From contig NW_027266265.1 of NCBI RefSeq assembly GCF_022045235.1, positions 14,074,001 to 14,138,000 of the forward strand: 64,000 nt of DNA, read 5' to 3'. The stretch's first letter is position 1, and every line of letters begins with the position of its first letter. The notes beneath the pieces are model-generated. The model did no database searches. It worked only from the letters and a program-made list of their open reading frames with translations, and was not told the DNA's origin. Positions 36,196 to 49,479 of this stretch are shown piece by piece. The translations under genes were made by a program, and so were the position numbers. Source of the DNA: Haliotis cracherodii. Taxonomy: Eukaryota.

Positions 36196-39100
36196 CGCCC
36201 GACAGTCTGTCTGCCATAAGTGTTTCCCCAGTCTGTCTGCCATAACTGTGTCTCAAGTCTGTCTGCCATAAGTGTGTCCCCAGTCTCTCAGACATGTGTG
36301 TCCCCAGTCTGTCTGTCATAAGTGTGTCCCCAGTCTGTCTGATATAAGTGTGTCACCAGTCTGTCAGACATGTGTGTCCCCAGTCTGTCCGACATAAGTG
36401 TGTCCCCAGTCTGTCTGATATAAGTGTGTCACCAGTCTGTCTGACATGTGTGTCCCCAGTCTGTCCGACATAAGTGTGTCCCCAGTCTGTCTGTCATAAG
36501 TGTGTCCCCAGTCTGTCCGACATAAGTGTGTCCACAGTCTGTCTGCCATAAGTGTGTCTCCAGTCTGTCCGACATAAGTGTGTCCCCAGTCTGTCCGACA
36601 TAAGTGTGTCCCCAGTCTGTCTGCCATAAGTGTGTCACCAGTCTGTCAGACGTGTGTCCCCAGTCTGTCCGACATAAGTGTGTCCCCAGTCTGTCTGATA
36701 TAAGTGTGTCACCAGTCTGTCTGACATGTGTGTCCCCAGTCTGTCCGACATAAGTGTGTCCCCAGTCTGTCTGTCATAAGTGTGTCCCCAGTCTGTCCGA
36801 CATAAGTGTGTCCACAGTCTATCTGCCATAAGTGTGTCTCCAGTCTGTCCGACATAAGTGTGTCCCCAGTCTGTCCGACATAAGTGTGTCCCCAGTCTGT
36901 CCTACATAAGTGTGTCACCAATCTGTCCGACATAAGTGTATCCCCAGTCCGTCTGTCATAAGTGTGTCCCCATTCTGTCTGTCATAAGTGTGTCCCCAGT
37001 CTGTCCGACATAAGTGTGTCCCCAGTCTGTCTGACATAAGTGTGTCACCAGTCTGTGTGCCAGAAGTGTGTCCCCAGTCTGTCTGTCATGAGTGTGTCCC
37101 CTGTGTGTCTGACATAAGTGTGTCCCCACTCTGTCTGACATACGTGTCTCCCCAGTCTGTCTGTCATGAGTGTGTCCCCTGTCTGTTTCTCATATGTGTG
37201 TCCCCAGTCTGTGTGACATACGTGTGTCCACAGTCTGTCTGCCATAAGTGTGTCTCCAGTCTGTCCGACATAAGTGTGTCCCCAGTCTGTCCGACATAAG
37301 TGTGTCCCCAGTCTGTCCTACATAAGTGTGTCACCAATCTGTCCGACATAAGTGTATCCCCAGTCCGTCTGTCATAAGTGTGTCCCCATTCTGTCTGTCA
37401 TAAGTGTGTCCCCAGTCTGTCTGATATAAGTGTGTCACCAGTCTGTCAGACATGTGTGTCCCCAGTCTGTCCGACATAAGTGTGTCCCCAGTCTGTCTGA
37501 TATAAGTGTGTCACCAGTCTGTCTGACATGTGTGTCCCCAGTCTGTCCGACATAAGTGTGTCCCCAGTCTGTCCTACATAAGTGTGTCCCCAGTCTGTCC
37601 GACATAAGTGTGTCCACAGTCTGTCTGCCATAAGTGTGTCTCCAGTCTGTCCGACATAAGTGTGTCCCCAGTCTGTCCGACATAAGTGTGTCCCCAGTCT
37701 GTCTGCCATAAGTGTGTCACCAGTCTGTCAGACGTGTGTCCCCAGTCTGTCCGACATAAGTGTGTCCCCAGTCTGTCTGATATAAGTGTGTCACCAGTCT
37801 GTCTGACATGTGTGTCCCCAGTCTGTCCGACATAAGTGTGTCCCCAGTCTGTCTGTCATAAGTGTGTCCCCAGTCTGTCCGACATAAGTGTGTCCACAGT
37901 CTGTCTGCCATAAGTGTGTCTCCAGTCTGTCCGACATAAGTGTGTCCCCAGTCTGTCCGACATAAGTGTGTCCCCAGTCTGTCCTACATAAGTGGGTCAC
38001 CAATCTGTCCGACATAAGTGTATCCCCAGTCCGTCTGTCATAAGTGTGTCCCCATTCTGTCTGTCATAAGTGTGTCCCCAGTCTGTCCGACATAAGTGTG
38101 TCCCCAGTCTGTCTGACATAAGTGTGTCACCAGTCTGTCCGACAAAAGTGTGTCCCCAGTCTGTCCGACAAAAGTGTGTCCCCAGTCTGTCCGACATAAG
38201 TGTGTCCCCAGTCTGTCTGCAATAAGTGTGTCCCCAGTCTGTGTGCCAGAAGTGTGTCCCCAGTCTGTCTGTCATGAGTGTGTCCCCTGTGTGTCTGACA
38301 TAAGTGTGTCCCCACTCTGTCTGACATACGTGTCTCCCCAGTCTGTCTGTCATGAGTGTGTCCCCTGTCTGTTTCTCATATGTGTGTCCCCAGTCTGTGT
38401 GACATACGTGTGTCCTCAGTCTGTCTATCATAAGTGTGTCCCCACTCTGTCTGTCATACGTGTGTCCCAAGTCTGTCTGACATAAGTGTGTCCCCAGGCT
38501 GTCCGACTTAAGTGTGTCCCCAGTCTGTCTGACATAAGTGTGTCACCAGTCTGTCCGACAAAAGTGTGTCCCCAGTCTGTCTGCAATAAGTGTGTCCCCA
38601 GTCTGTCTGCCATAAGTATGTCCCCAGTCTGTGTGCCAGAAGTGTGTCCCCAGTCTGTGTGCCATGAGTGTGTCCCCTGTGTGTCTGACATAAGTGTGTC
38701 CCCAGGCTGTCCGACTTAAGTGTGTCCCCAGTCTGTCTGATATAAGTGTGTTCCCAGTCTGTCTGATATAAGTGTGTCCCCAGTCTGTCCTACATAAGTG
38801 TGTCACCAATCTGTCCGACATAAGTGTATCCCCAGTCCGTCTGTCATAAGTGTGTCCCCATTCTGTCTGTCATAAGTGTGTCCCCAGTCTGTCCGACATA
38901 AGTGTGTCCCCAGTCTGTCCGACAAAAGTGTGTCCCCAGTCTGTCTGCAATAAGTTTGTCCCCAGTCTGTCTGCCATAAGTGTGTCTCCAGTCTGAGTGT
39001 CAGAAGTGTGTCCCCAGTCTGTCTGCCACAAGTGTGTCCCCAGTATGTGTGTCATAAGTGTGTCTCCAGTCTGTCTGACAATAAGCGTGTCCCCAGTCTG

Positions 39101-40128
39101 TCTGACATGAGCGTGTCCCCAGTTTGTCTGACATGAGCGTGTCCCCAGTCTGTCTGCCACAAGTGTGTCCCCAGTCTGTCTGACATAAGTGTGTCCCCAG
39201 TTGGGAACTTCTCCAAACCTATTCTACAGAATCTGTGTGACATACGTGTGTCCTCAGTCTGTCTATCATAAGTGTGTCCCCACTCTGTCTGTCATACGTG
39301 TGTCCCAAGTCTGTCTGACATAAGTGTGTTCCCAGTCTGTCCGACATAAGTGTGTCCCCAGGCTGTCTGACATGAGCGTGTCCCCAGTTTGTCTGACATA
39401 AGCGTGTCCCCAGTCTGTCTGACATAAGCGTGTCCCCAGTCTGTCTGACATAAGTGTGTCCCCAGTTTGTCTTACATTAACGTGTCCCCAGTTTGTCTTA
39501 CATTAACGTGTCCCCGGTCTATCTGCCATAAGTGTGTCCTCAGTCTGACTGACATTAATGTGTCCCCAGTCTATCTGCCATAAGTGTGTCCCCAGTCTAT
39601 CTGCCATAAGTGTGTCCCCAGTCTATCCGACACTCTCTGACATAGGTGTGTCCCCAGTCTGTCTGTCATGAGTGTGTCCCCTGTGTGTCTGACATAAGTG
39701 TGTCCCCACTCTGTCCGACATAAGTGTATCCCCAGTCCGTCTGTCATAAGTGTGTCCCCATTCTGTCTGTCATAAGTGTGTCCCCAGTCTGTCCGACATA
39801 AGTGTGTCCCCAGTCTGTCCGACATAAGTGTGTCCCCAGTCTGTCCGACAAAAGTGTGTCCCCAGTCTGTCTGCAATAAGTTTGTCCCCAGTCTGTCTGC
39901 CATAAGTGTGTCCCCAGTCTGTGTGCCAGAAGTGTGTCCCCAGTCTGTCTGCCACAAGTGTGTCCCCAGTATGTGTGTCATAAGTGTGTCTCCAGTCTCT
40001 CTGACAATAAGCGTGTCCCCAGTCTGTCTGACATGAGCGTGTCCCCAGTTTGTCTGACATGAGCGTGTCCCCAGTCTGTCTGCCACAAGTGTGTCCCCAG
40101 TCTGTCTGACATAAGTGTGTCCCCAGTT
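36196..40128. repeat. 26-bp satellite, ~150 units, with kb-scale higher-order duplications
   Basis: Direct reading. Near-identical ORF translations are offset by 1082 bp (36364/37446, 36635/37717). Confidence 0.95.
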
Positions 40129-40570
40129 GGGAACTTCTCCAAACCTATTCTACTGAATCGAGCAGCATATTTAGTTCGGATCATCTATGTCGGACAGCAT
40201 ATTAAGTCGAGATGAATGTCACGTCTATTACAACCTGGAGTGTTAGGTGAAAAGTTAACGCACTAGAAGAGCTTCCTGTCAACTATTACACCAGAAACTC
40301 AACAGTGAATATTTGATGACAAATGTTGACTGTGAACAAATTTACTGACATATATTTGAAAGCTATGGATTTGTTTTGAATCAATAACACAAACAATATG
40401 AGAAACGACACGGACATAATATTTTTACGACGAATCACAGGCTTGCTCTGATATTCAGTGGAGAGTGCACCCAAACAAAAGGGACACAACTCCGCAGTGA
40501 CTAATTTCAGTCCAGTGTAACCCTGCAGTCATGATGGAATTTGTGGACGATAGCGATTCTTTTTCCAAGT

Positions 40571-40742
40571 GAGTAAGTGAGTGAGTGAGTATGGTTTTAC
40601 GCAGCTTTTAGCAATATTCCAGCAATATCAGGGCGGGGGACACCAGAAATGAGCTTCACACATTGTACCCATGTCGGGAATCGAACCCGGGTCTTCGGCG
40701 TGACGAGCGAACGCTTTAACCACCAGGCTACCCCGCCGCCCC
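40571..40742 (-). mobile_element. Family A SINE upstream of copy 5
   Basis: TSD TTTTCCAAGTG. Confidence 0.85.
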
Positions 40743-41416
40743 ATTTTCCAAGTGTTTTATTCACTTGTGATCTTAACTGTTCCACCTCGAGTTTCAAACT
40801 GTGAAATATATTATTATGAAATATCGACGCGTGTTAGCTGTGAGTGAAGCGCTTGGTTTTCTTAATGTAAAGTAATCATGGAATTAAAGATGCACCCTGA
40901 CGTCTTTTACAGCTTTGACAGGAGACTTAATCTGTGCGTCTTCAACACGCATAATTTGTTATGTTTCGTGAAGAGACGGAGCCCAGCTTACATAAAGCCG
41001 TATCGTGCATGGTGAACACTGTCAGTGACGTCATAGACAGAAACAGTGGAAATGACGTCACAGAATGGTTCCATGACGACGTTGATGGTTCCCAATCAGT
41101 CGCCGACACAACTTGGTGGTGTTCAGACGTAAATCTGTTGCTGCTGCAAAACTTCACATTTGTTGCTGATCTGTGTCTACTTGCACAAGTCTACACCTCA
41201 TCTCAGTATTAGGTAAGCAATGCCAGTCTAACTCCTACAGTTGGTTTACTTTTACTGATAGCGTTTGTTTCCTAACCCTCGTTCACATCTATATTTCACG
41301 GCTCTGAAATTCTTTATCGATAAATTACCTTTGTATTAAATGACACTCCGTCTCCAATGTAATTACGGAACTCAAATAATTCCTAAATTCAAATGTGATT
41401 ATGTTTTGTCCCACAG

Positions 41417-42538
41417 ATGAAGATGTATCAACAAGAACGATTGAAGAGTAGGAAACTACTCTCCCCCATACTCGAGGCGAACGAGCGTCAGTCTAGCCCT
41501 CGTAGTCCAAGAACGCAAGAACTGCATCAAGATTTACTTGGTAGGAGATCCTGAATTTATGATACAAACAAATTGAATGCAAGACATCATCACTTGATGT
41601 GTTTGTTTGAAGCAATTACAGTTACATTCCAAGTATGTCTTTATATAACAGTGGAATCGAGTCGGGTGTTTGTACTTTTGTTTTTGTTTTCGTTTCCAGT
41701 TCAGTACATGGACCTGAAATCTCAAGTCGGAGATTTGGAGGAAAGGTAGGCACAGTCTCGTTTAATATTCATGAACGTTCGTCTAAAATATACAAAAAGG
41801 AAAAACAAGAAATGTGCATCTCATTCAAATATCATAGATAAAATGACTTTGAGAAATGATATCTTCTAAACTATCGACATATCTTTTTTCAGTCTTCTCG
41901 ATCACCTTTTCAATGAGAATCAGAAGATGAGAGAGGAGAACGAGCGACAGGCCCGACAACTCCGGGAGGAGAACGCCTTAAGGCTGAAAGTTGAGTCGGA
42001 GAGACAGGACTATAGGCTGGAGTATTTCAACTATCGTCTCAGTTACACAATGGCGCAGGCTGAGGTCCAGGAACTGAAGCAGACGCTAGAGGGACTGGCG
42101 GGGGACTGGGAGAAGGAGAAGCAGACAGAGATGGAGCAGAGGAAGAAGCTGGAGGAAGAGCTGGCAGCTCTCCAGCGCCAGACTGCCCCTCTGACCTGTC
42201 ACACTCCTGCCAATAAGCGGACCAGTTCCTCCAGCGTCAGTCCTCCAGTTCAACCAAGGAAGGCTCGAAGACCTTACACAGGAAAGTCAAAGGACAATGT
42301 TCCAAGCAGGATCTCACATGTGAAGACAGACTTCTCTGCTTCCGGTGACAACTTGGTGAAGGCCAAGGCCACAGATAAGAATGAAACCAAGTTGAAGGTC
42401 ACTTCCAGTGTAAGATCCATTCTGAAAGACAGCAAGCGAGGACAGGTTGCTGAAAAAAACCCAACGCGATCTTCCAGGAACCTTTCTGTGAGATTCACAA
42501 AGGAAATGCCAGTTGGAAAGACCCGTCACGAAATGTAA
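41417..42538 (+). CDS. Array gene copy 5, 271 aa; join(41417..41540,41700..41745,41893..42538)
   Basis: Same exon structure; open frame. Confidence 0.88.
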
Positions 42539-43757
42539 TTACGACCCTCGCCACAAGGAACAAACTTTATAAACTGTTTAATTGTTGGTTCTTTAATTCA
42601 TATTGATTTCACACTCTTGTAATTCCGTGTGTAAAATAATCGCTGATTATCTTGTGCATGTGTCAGTGTTTCTCTGTTAACATCTGGGTAATATATCACG
42701 TTACTGAAGAAACTGCTTTGTGTTTGTATTAACAACCTCATCAGTTATGTGGGAAGTCAATGATCACCTCTCAACTCTGACCAGGATGATGCATGTCAGT
42801 CATGCCCCAAAGTCGTGGGTCGATGCTCACACTTTCTACCACTGGTTTGCCTGCTCCCGTGCACACACTGTCACGCTACGCGTCACGATACTTAATCCGT
42901 ACGTCACACGTGTTTTGCATTCGTGTCTAACTGTCACGCTTCGCGGGAATAGATCACGATAGATGAAAGTTGATGAAGAAAACAAATACTTTCATATTTA
43001 TCTTTAGGTTTATATCGAACACTGAAGCTAAAAGGTCATACATATTTCTTCTTACCGAGTAATTAGCTTCAGGACGCAATTCGTTACATGTTCAATGAGT
43101 GAGTATACACCCTGACTCAAGGTAGACAACTCTGTTCCCCTTATTTCGTGGAGGGACATGAAATGTTGGAAACATTATATCGTTCCCCAAATTTCTTCTT
43201 TCTTTTCCTTCAAAATAGCATGACATTCCCTCGGATTAACATTTGTTCGGCGGGAACAAGGAACCAGGTTGTTTTCTACATAAATAGAAAATAATATATG
43301 AGATATTATACACTGTGTCGTAATAACTATATTAATGGTCATGAAATCATTTTGAAATGGATTAATAAGTCCCAATTTAGTTACTGACATGGATGTATGG
43401 AGTGAAGAATACCGAGTCCGTCATTGACCCTTTGAACCTTCACCCGCCTTTAGGACCGATGTTTGTTAACCAGTTTTCATACATGCGCATATGGCATGCA
43501 TATCTACGTTATAGATATCTTTGCAAATGAAGCGTTTAATTGTGCCCCCAGTTTGTCTGACGTAATGTGCAAAAGTCCAGTTTTTCTATATGACTATTTT
43601 GCAGGAATATTTACGCTTCGCATATCGGTTCAAATGCAGCGTAAAAACGTATTTTTTCATTTATCTGTCGTATATAAAAATATCTCAAGAAACACCAGGG
43701 TATTATAATTCAGTCTGACGTAATGTGCCGCCAGTATTTCTAAATGAAATGCGCCCA

Positions 43758-46459
43758 ACAGTCTGTCTGCCAGAAGTGTGTCCCAAGTCTGTCTGACTTA
43801 AGTGTGTCCCAAGTCTGTCTGACACAAGTGTGTCCCCAGTCTGTCCGACATAAATGTGTCCCCAGTTTGTCTGACATATGTGTCTCCAGTCTGTCTGTCA
43901 TAAGTGTGTCCCAAGTCTGTCTGCCATAAGTGTGTCCCCAGTCTGTCTGACTTAAGTGTGTCTCCAATCTGTCTGACATAAGTGTGTCCCCAGTCTGTGC
44001 GACTAAAGTGTGTTCCAAGTCTGTCTGACATAAGTGTGTCCCCAGTCTGTCCGACTAAAGTGTGTCCCAAGTCTGTCTGACATAAGTGTGTCCCCAGTCT
44101 GTCTGACATAAGTGTGTCCCCAGTCTGTCCGACATAAGTGTGTCCCCAGGCTGTCCGACTTAAGTTTGTCCCCAGTCTGTCTGATATAAGTGTGTCACCA
44201 GTCTGTCCGACATAAGTGTGTCCCCAGTCTGTCTGTCATAAGTGTGTCCCAAGTCTGTCCGACATAAGTGTGTCCCCAGGCTATCCGACTTAAGTGTGTC
44301 CCAAGTCTGTCTGATATAAGTGTGTCACCAGTCTGTCCGACATAAGTGTGTCCCCAGTCTGTGTGTCATAAGTGTATCCCAAGTATGTCCGACTTAAGTG
44401 TGTCCCCAGTCTGTCCGACTTACGTGTGTCCCCAGGCTGTCCGACTTAAGTGTATCCCCAGTCTGTCTGATATAAGTGTGTCACCAGTCTGTCTGACATA
44501 AGTATGTCCCCAGTCTGTCTGACATAAGTGTGTCCCCAGTCTGTCTGATATAAGTGTGTCACCAGTCTGTCTGTCATAAGTGTGTCCCCAGTCTGTCTGT
44601 CATAAGTGAATACCCAGTATGTCCGACTTAAGTGTGTCCCCAGTCTGTCCGACTTACGTGTGTCCCCAGGCTGTCCGACTTACGTGTGTCCCCAGTCTAT
44701 CCGACATAAGTGTGTCCCCAGTCTGTCTGTCATAAGTGTGTCCCCAGTCTGTCTGTCATAAGTGTATCCCCAGTATGTCCGACTTAAGTGTGTCCCCAGT
44801 CTGTCCGACTTACGTGTATCCCCAGGCTCTCCGACTTACGTGTGTCCCCAGTCTGTCTGACATAAGTGTGTCCCCATTCGGTCTGTCATAAGTGTCTCCC
44901 CAGTCTGTCTGACATAAGTGTGTCACCAGTCTGTCCGACATAAGTGTGTCCCCAGTCTGTCTGCCATACATGTGTCCCCAGTCTGTGTGCCAGAAGTGTG
45001 TCCCCAGTCTGTGGGTCATATGTGTGTCCCCAGGCTGTCCAACTTAAGTGTGTCACCAGTCTGTCTGATATAAGTGTGTCACCAGTCTGTCCGACATAAG
45101 TGTGTCCCCAGTCTGTCTGTCATAAGTGTGTCCCCAGTCTGTCTGTCAAAAGTGTATCCCTAGTATGTCCGACTTACGAGTGTCCCCAGGCTGTCTGACA
45201 TAAGTGTGTCCCCAGTCTGTCTAACATGTGTGTCCCCAGACTGTCTGATATAAGTGTGTCCCCAGTCTGTCTGATATAAGTGTGTCACCAGTCTGTCTGA
45301 TATAAGTGTGTCACCAGTCTGTCCGACATAAGTGTGTCCCCAGTCTGTCTGTCATAAGTGTGTCACCAGTCTGTCTGTCAAAAGTGTATCCCCAGTATGT
45401 CCGACTTAAGTGTGTCCCCAGTCTGTCCGACTTACGTGTGTCCCCAGGCTGTCCGACTTAAGTGTATCCCCAGTCTGTCTGATATAAGTGTGTCACCAGT
45501 CTGTCTGATATAAGTGTGTCCCCAGTCTGTCTAACATGTGTGTCCCCAGTCTGTCTGATATAAGTGTGTCCCCAGTCTGTCTGCTATAAGTGTGTCACCA
45601 GTCTGTCTGACATAAGTGTGTCACCAGTCCGTCTGACATAAGTGTGTCCCCAGTCTGTCTGTCATACGTGTGTCCCCAGTCTGTCTGTCATACGTGTGTC
45701 CCCAGTCTGTCTGTCATAAGTGTATCCCCAGTATGTCCGACTTAAGTGTATCCCCAGTCTGTCCGACTTACGTGTGTCCCCAGGCTGTCCGACTTACGTG
45801 TGTCCCCAGTCTGTCTGACATAAGTGTGTCCCCAGTCTGTCTGTCATAAGTGTATCCCCAGTCTGTCTGATATAAGTGTGTCCCCAGGCTGTCCGACTTA
45901 AGTGTATCCCCAGTCTGTCTGATATAAGTGTGTCACCAGTCTGTCCGACATAAGTGTGTTCCCAGTCTTTGTGCCAGAAGTGTGTCCCCAGTCTGTGGGT
46001 CATATGTGTGTCCCCAGTCTGTCTGCCACAAGTGTGTCCCCAGTCTGTGTGTAATAAGTGTGTCTACAGTCTGTCTGACAATAAGCGTGTCCTCAGTCTG
46101 TCTGACATAAGTGTGTCCCCAGTTTGTCTTACATTAACGTGTCCCCAGTCTATCTGCCATAAGTGTGTCCTCAGTCTGTCTGACATAAATGCGTCCCATG
46201 TCTATCTGACATAAGTGTGTCCCCAGTCTGTCTTTCATACGTGTGTCCCCAGTCTGTCTTTCATACGTGTGTCCCCAGTCTGTCCGACATAAGTGTGTCA
46301 CCAGTCTGTCCGACACAAGTGTGTCCCCAGTCTGTCTGACATACGTGTGTCCCCAGGCTGTCCGACTTAAGTGTCTCCCCAGTCTGTCCGACTTAAGTGT
46401 ATCCCCAGTCTGTCTGCAATAAGTGTGTCCCCAGTCTGTCTGCAATAAGTGTGTCCCCA
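43758..46459. repeat. 26-bp satellite, ~100 units
   Basis: Direct reading. Confidence 0.95.
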
Positions 46460-46712
46460 ACTTACTGACATATATTTGAAAGCTATGGATTTGTTTTGAA
46501 TCAATACGGACTGTTGTGTGTAATATAACACAAACAATATGAGAAAAAGACACGGACATAATATTTTTACGACGAATCACAGGCTTGCTCTGGTATTCAG
46601 TGGAGAGTGCACCCAAACAAAAGGGACACAACTCCGCAGTGACTAATTTTAGTCCAGTGTAACCCTGCCTTCATGATGGAATTTGTGGATGATAGCGATT
46701 CTTTTTCCAAGT

Positions 46713-46862
46713 GCGTAAGTGAGTGAGTGAGTAATTTTCCAGCAATATCACGGCGGGTGACACCATAAATGAGCTTCACACATTGTACCCATGTCGGGAA
46801 TCGAACGCGGGTCTTCGGCGTGACGACCGAACCCTTTAACCACCTGGCTACCCCGCCGCCCC
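46713..46862 (-). mobile_element. Family A SINE upstream of copy 6 (short internal deletion)
   Basis: Same insertion site as in copies 3, 5, 7 and 8. Confidence 0.8.
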
Positions 46863-47536
46863 ATTTTCCATGTGTTTTATTCACTTGTGATCTTAACTGT
46901 TCCACCTCGAGTTTCAAACTGTGAAATATACTATTGTGAAATATCGACGCGTGTTAGGTGTGAGTGAAGCGCTTGGTTTTCTTAATGTAAAGTAATCATG
47001 GAATTAAAGATGCACCCTGACGTCTTTTACAGCTTTGACAGGAGACTTAATCTGTGCGTCTTCAACACGCATAATTTGTTATGTGTCGTGAAGAGACGGA
47101 GCCCTGCTTACATAAAGCCGTATCGTGCATGGTGAACACTGTCAGTGACGTCATAGACAGAAACAGTGGAAATGACGTCACAGAATGGTTCCATGACGAC
47201 ATTGATGGTTCCCAATCAGTCGCCGACACAACTTGGTGGTGTTCAGACGTACATCTGTTGCTGTTGCAAAACTTCACATTTGTTGCTGATCTGTGTCTAC
47301 TTGCACAAGTCTACACCTCATCTCAGTATTAGGTAAGCCATGCCAGTCTAACTCCTACAGTTGGTTTACTTTTACTGATAGCGTTTGTTTCCTAAGCCTC
47401 GTTCACATCTATATTTCACGGCTCTGAAATTCTTTATCAATAAATTACCTTTGTATTAAATGACACTCCGTCTCCAATGTAATTACGGAACTCAAATAAT
47501 TCCTAAATTCAAATGTGATTATGTTTTGTCCCACAG

Positions 47537-48659
47537 ATGAAGATGTATCCACAAGAACGACTGAAGAGTAGGAAACTACTCTCCCCCATACTCGAGGCGA
47601 ACGAGCGTCAGTCTAACCCTCGTAGTCCACGAACGCAAGAACTGCATCAAGATTTACTTGGTAGGAGATCCTGAATTTATGATACAAAACAAATTAAATG
47701 CAAGACATCATCACTTGATGTGTTTGTTTGAAGCAATTACAGTTACATTCCAAGTATGTCTTTATATTACAGTTGAATCGAGTCGGGTGTTTGTACTTTT
47801 GTTTTTGTTTTCGTTTCCAGTTCAGTACATGGACCTGAAATCTCAAGTCGGAGATTTGGAGGAAAGGTAGGCACAGTCTCGTTTAATATTCATGAACGTT
47901 CGTCTAAAATATACAAAAAGGAAAAACAAGAAACGTGCATCTCATTCAAATATCATAGATAAAATGACTTTGAGAAACGATATCTTCTAAACTATCGACA
48001 TATCTTTTTTCAGTCTTCTCGATCACCTTTTCAATGAGAACCAGAAGCTGAGAGAGGAGAACGAGCGACAGGCCCGACAACTTCGGGAGGACAACGCCTT
48101 AAGGCTGAAAGTTGAGTCGGAGAGGCAGGACTATAGGCTGGAGTATTTCAACTACCGTCTCAGTTACACAATGGCGCAGGCTGAGGTCCAGGAACTGAAG
48201 CAGACGCTAGAGGCACTGGCGGGGGACTGGGAGAAGGAGAAGCAGAAAGAGATGGAGCAGAGGAAGAAGATGGAGGAAGAGCTGGCAGCTCTCCAGCGCA
48301 AGACTGCCCCTCTGACCTGTCACACTCCTACCAATAAGCGGACCAGTTCCTCCAGCGTCAGTCCTCCAGTTCAACCAAGGAAGGCTCGAAGACCTTACAC
48401 AGGAAAGTCAAAGGACAAGGTTCCAAGCAGGATCTCACATGTGAAGACAGACTTCTCTGCTTCCGGTGACAATTTGGTGAAGGCCAAGGCCACAGATAAG
48501 AATGAAAGCAAGTTGAAGGTCACTTCTGGTGTAAGATCCATTCTGAAAGACACCAAGAGGGGACAGGATGCTGAAAAGAAGCCAACCCGGTCCTCCAGGA
48601 ACCTTTCTGTTAGATTCACAAAGGAAATGCCAGTTGGAAAGATCCGTCACGAAATGTAA
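47537..48659 (+). CDS. Array gene copy 6, 271 aa; join(47537..47660,47821..47866,48014..48659)
   Basis: Same exon structure; open frame. Confidence 0.88.
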
Positions 48660-49297
48660 TTACGACCCTCCCCACAAGGAACAAACTTTATAAACAGTTT
48701 AATTGTTGGTTCTTTAATTCATATTGATTTCACACTCTTGTAATTCCGTGTGTAAAATAATCGCTGATTATCTTGTGCATGTGTCAGTGTTTCTCTGTTA
48801 ACATCTGAGTAATAAATCACGTTACTAAAGAAACTGCTTTGTGTTTGTATTTACAACTTCATCAATTATGTGGGAAGTCAATGATCACCTCTTAACTCTG
48901 ACCAGGATGATGCATGTCAGTCATGCCCAAAAGTCGTGGGTCGATGCTCACACTTTCTACCACTGGTTTGCCTGCTCCCATGCACACACTGTCACGCTTC
49001 GCGAATAGATCACGATAGATCGGTATGGGGCGTTAAATTAGTTTGAAATTAACCTTAAATTTAATCTATGCATGGAGAAAATTGAATGTGTCTATATTCG
49101 CTATACAGAAATTTGTAGAAGAGATATGAAATGTCTTGTTGAAAGTTGATAAATAAATCAAATACTTTCCTATTTGCCTTTAGGTTAATATCGAACCCTG
49201 ATGCTAAATAGTCATATTTATTACCCACGTGGTGAAGATACAGGACTACTTTTTTCATTCATAAGATTTCGCGAGATGTCATTCATTTTGGGTTTAG

Positions 49298-49474
49298 TGA
49301 GTGAGTGAGTGAGTGAGTGAGTTTGATTTTACGCCGCTTTTAGCAATGTTCCAGCAATATTACGGCGGGGGACACCAGAAATGGGCTTCACACATTGTAC
49401 CCATGTTGGGATTCGAATCCGGGTCTTCGGCGTGACGAGCGAACGCTTTAACCACTAGGCTACCCGACCGCCCC
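49298..49474 (-). mobile_element. Family A SINE in spacer type A (same insertion as 22209-22377)
   Basis: Same flanks as the 22209 copy. Confidence 0.85.
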
Positions 49475-49479
49475 TTTTG

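Noticed and set aside
36196-46459. Satellite arrays as CRISPR arrays
   Set aside because: The monomers are contiguous with no unique spacers, there are no cas genes, and the context is eukaryotic and intron-containing.
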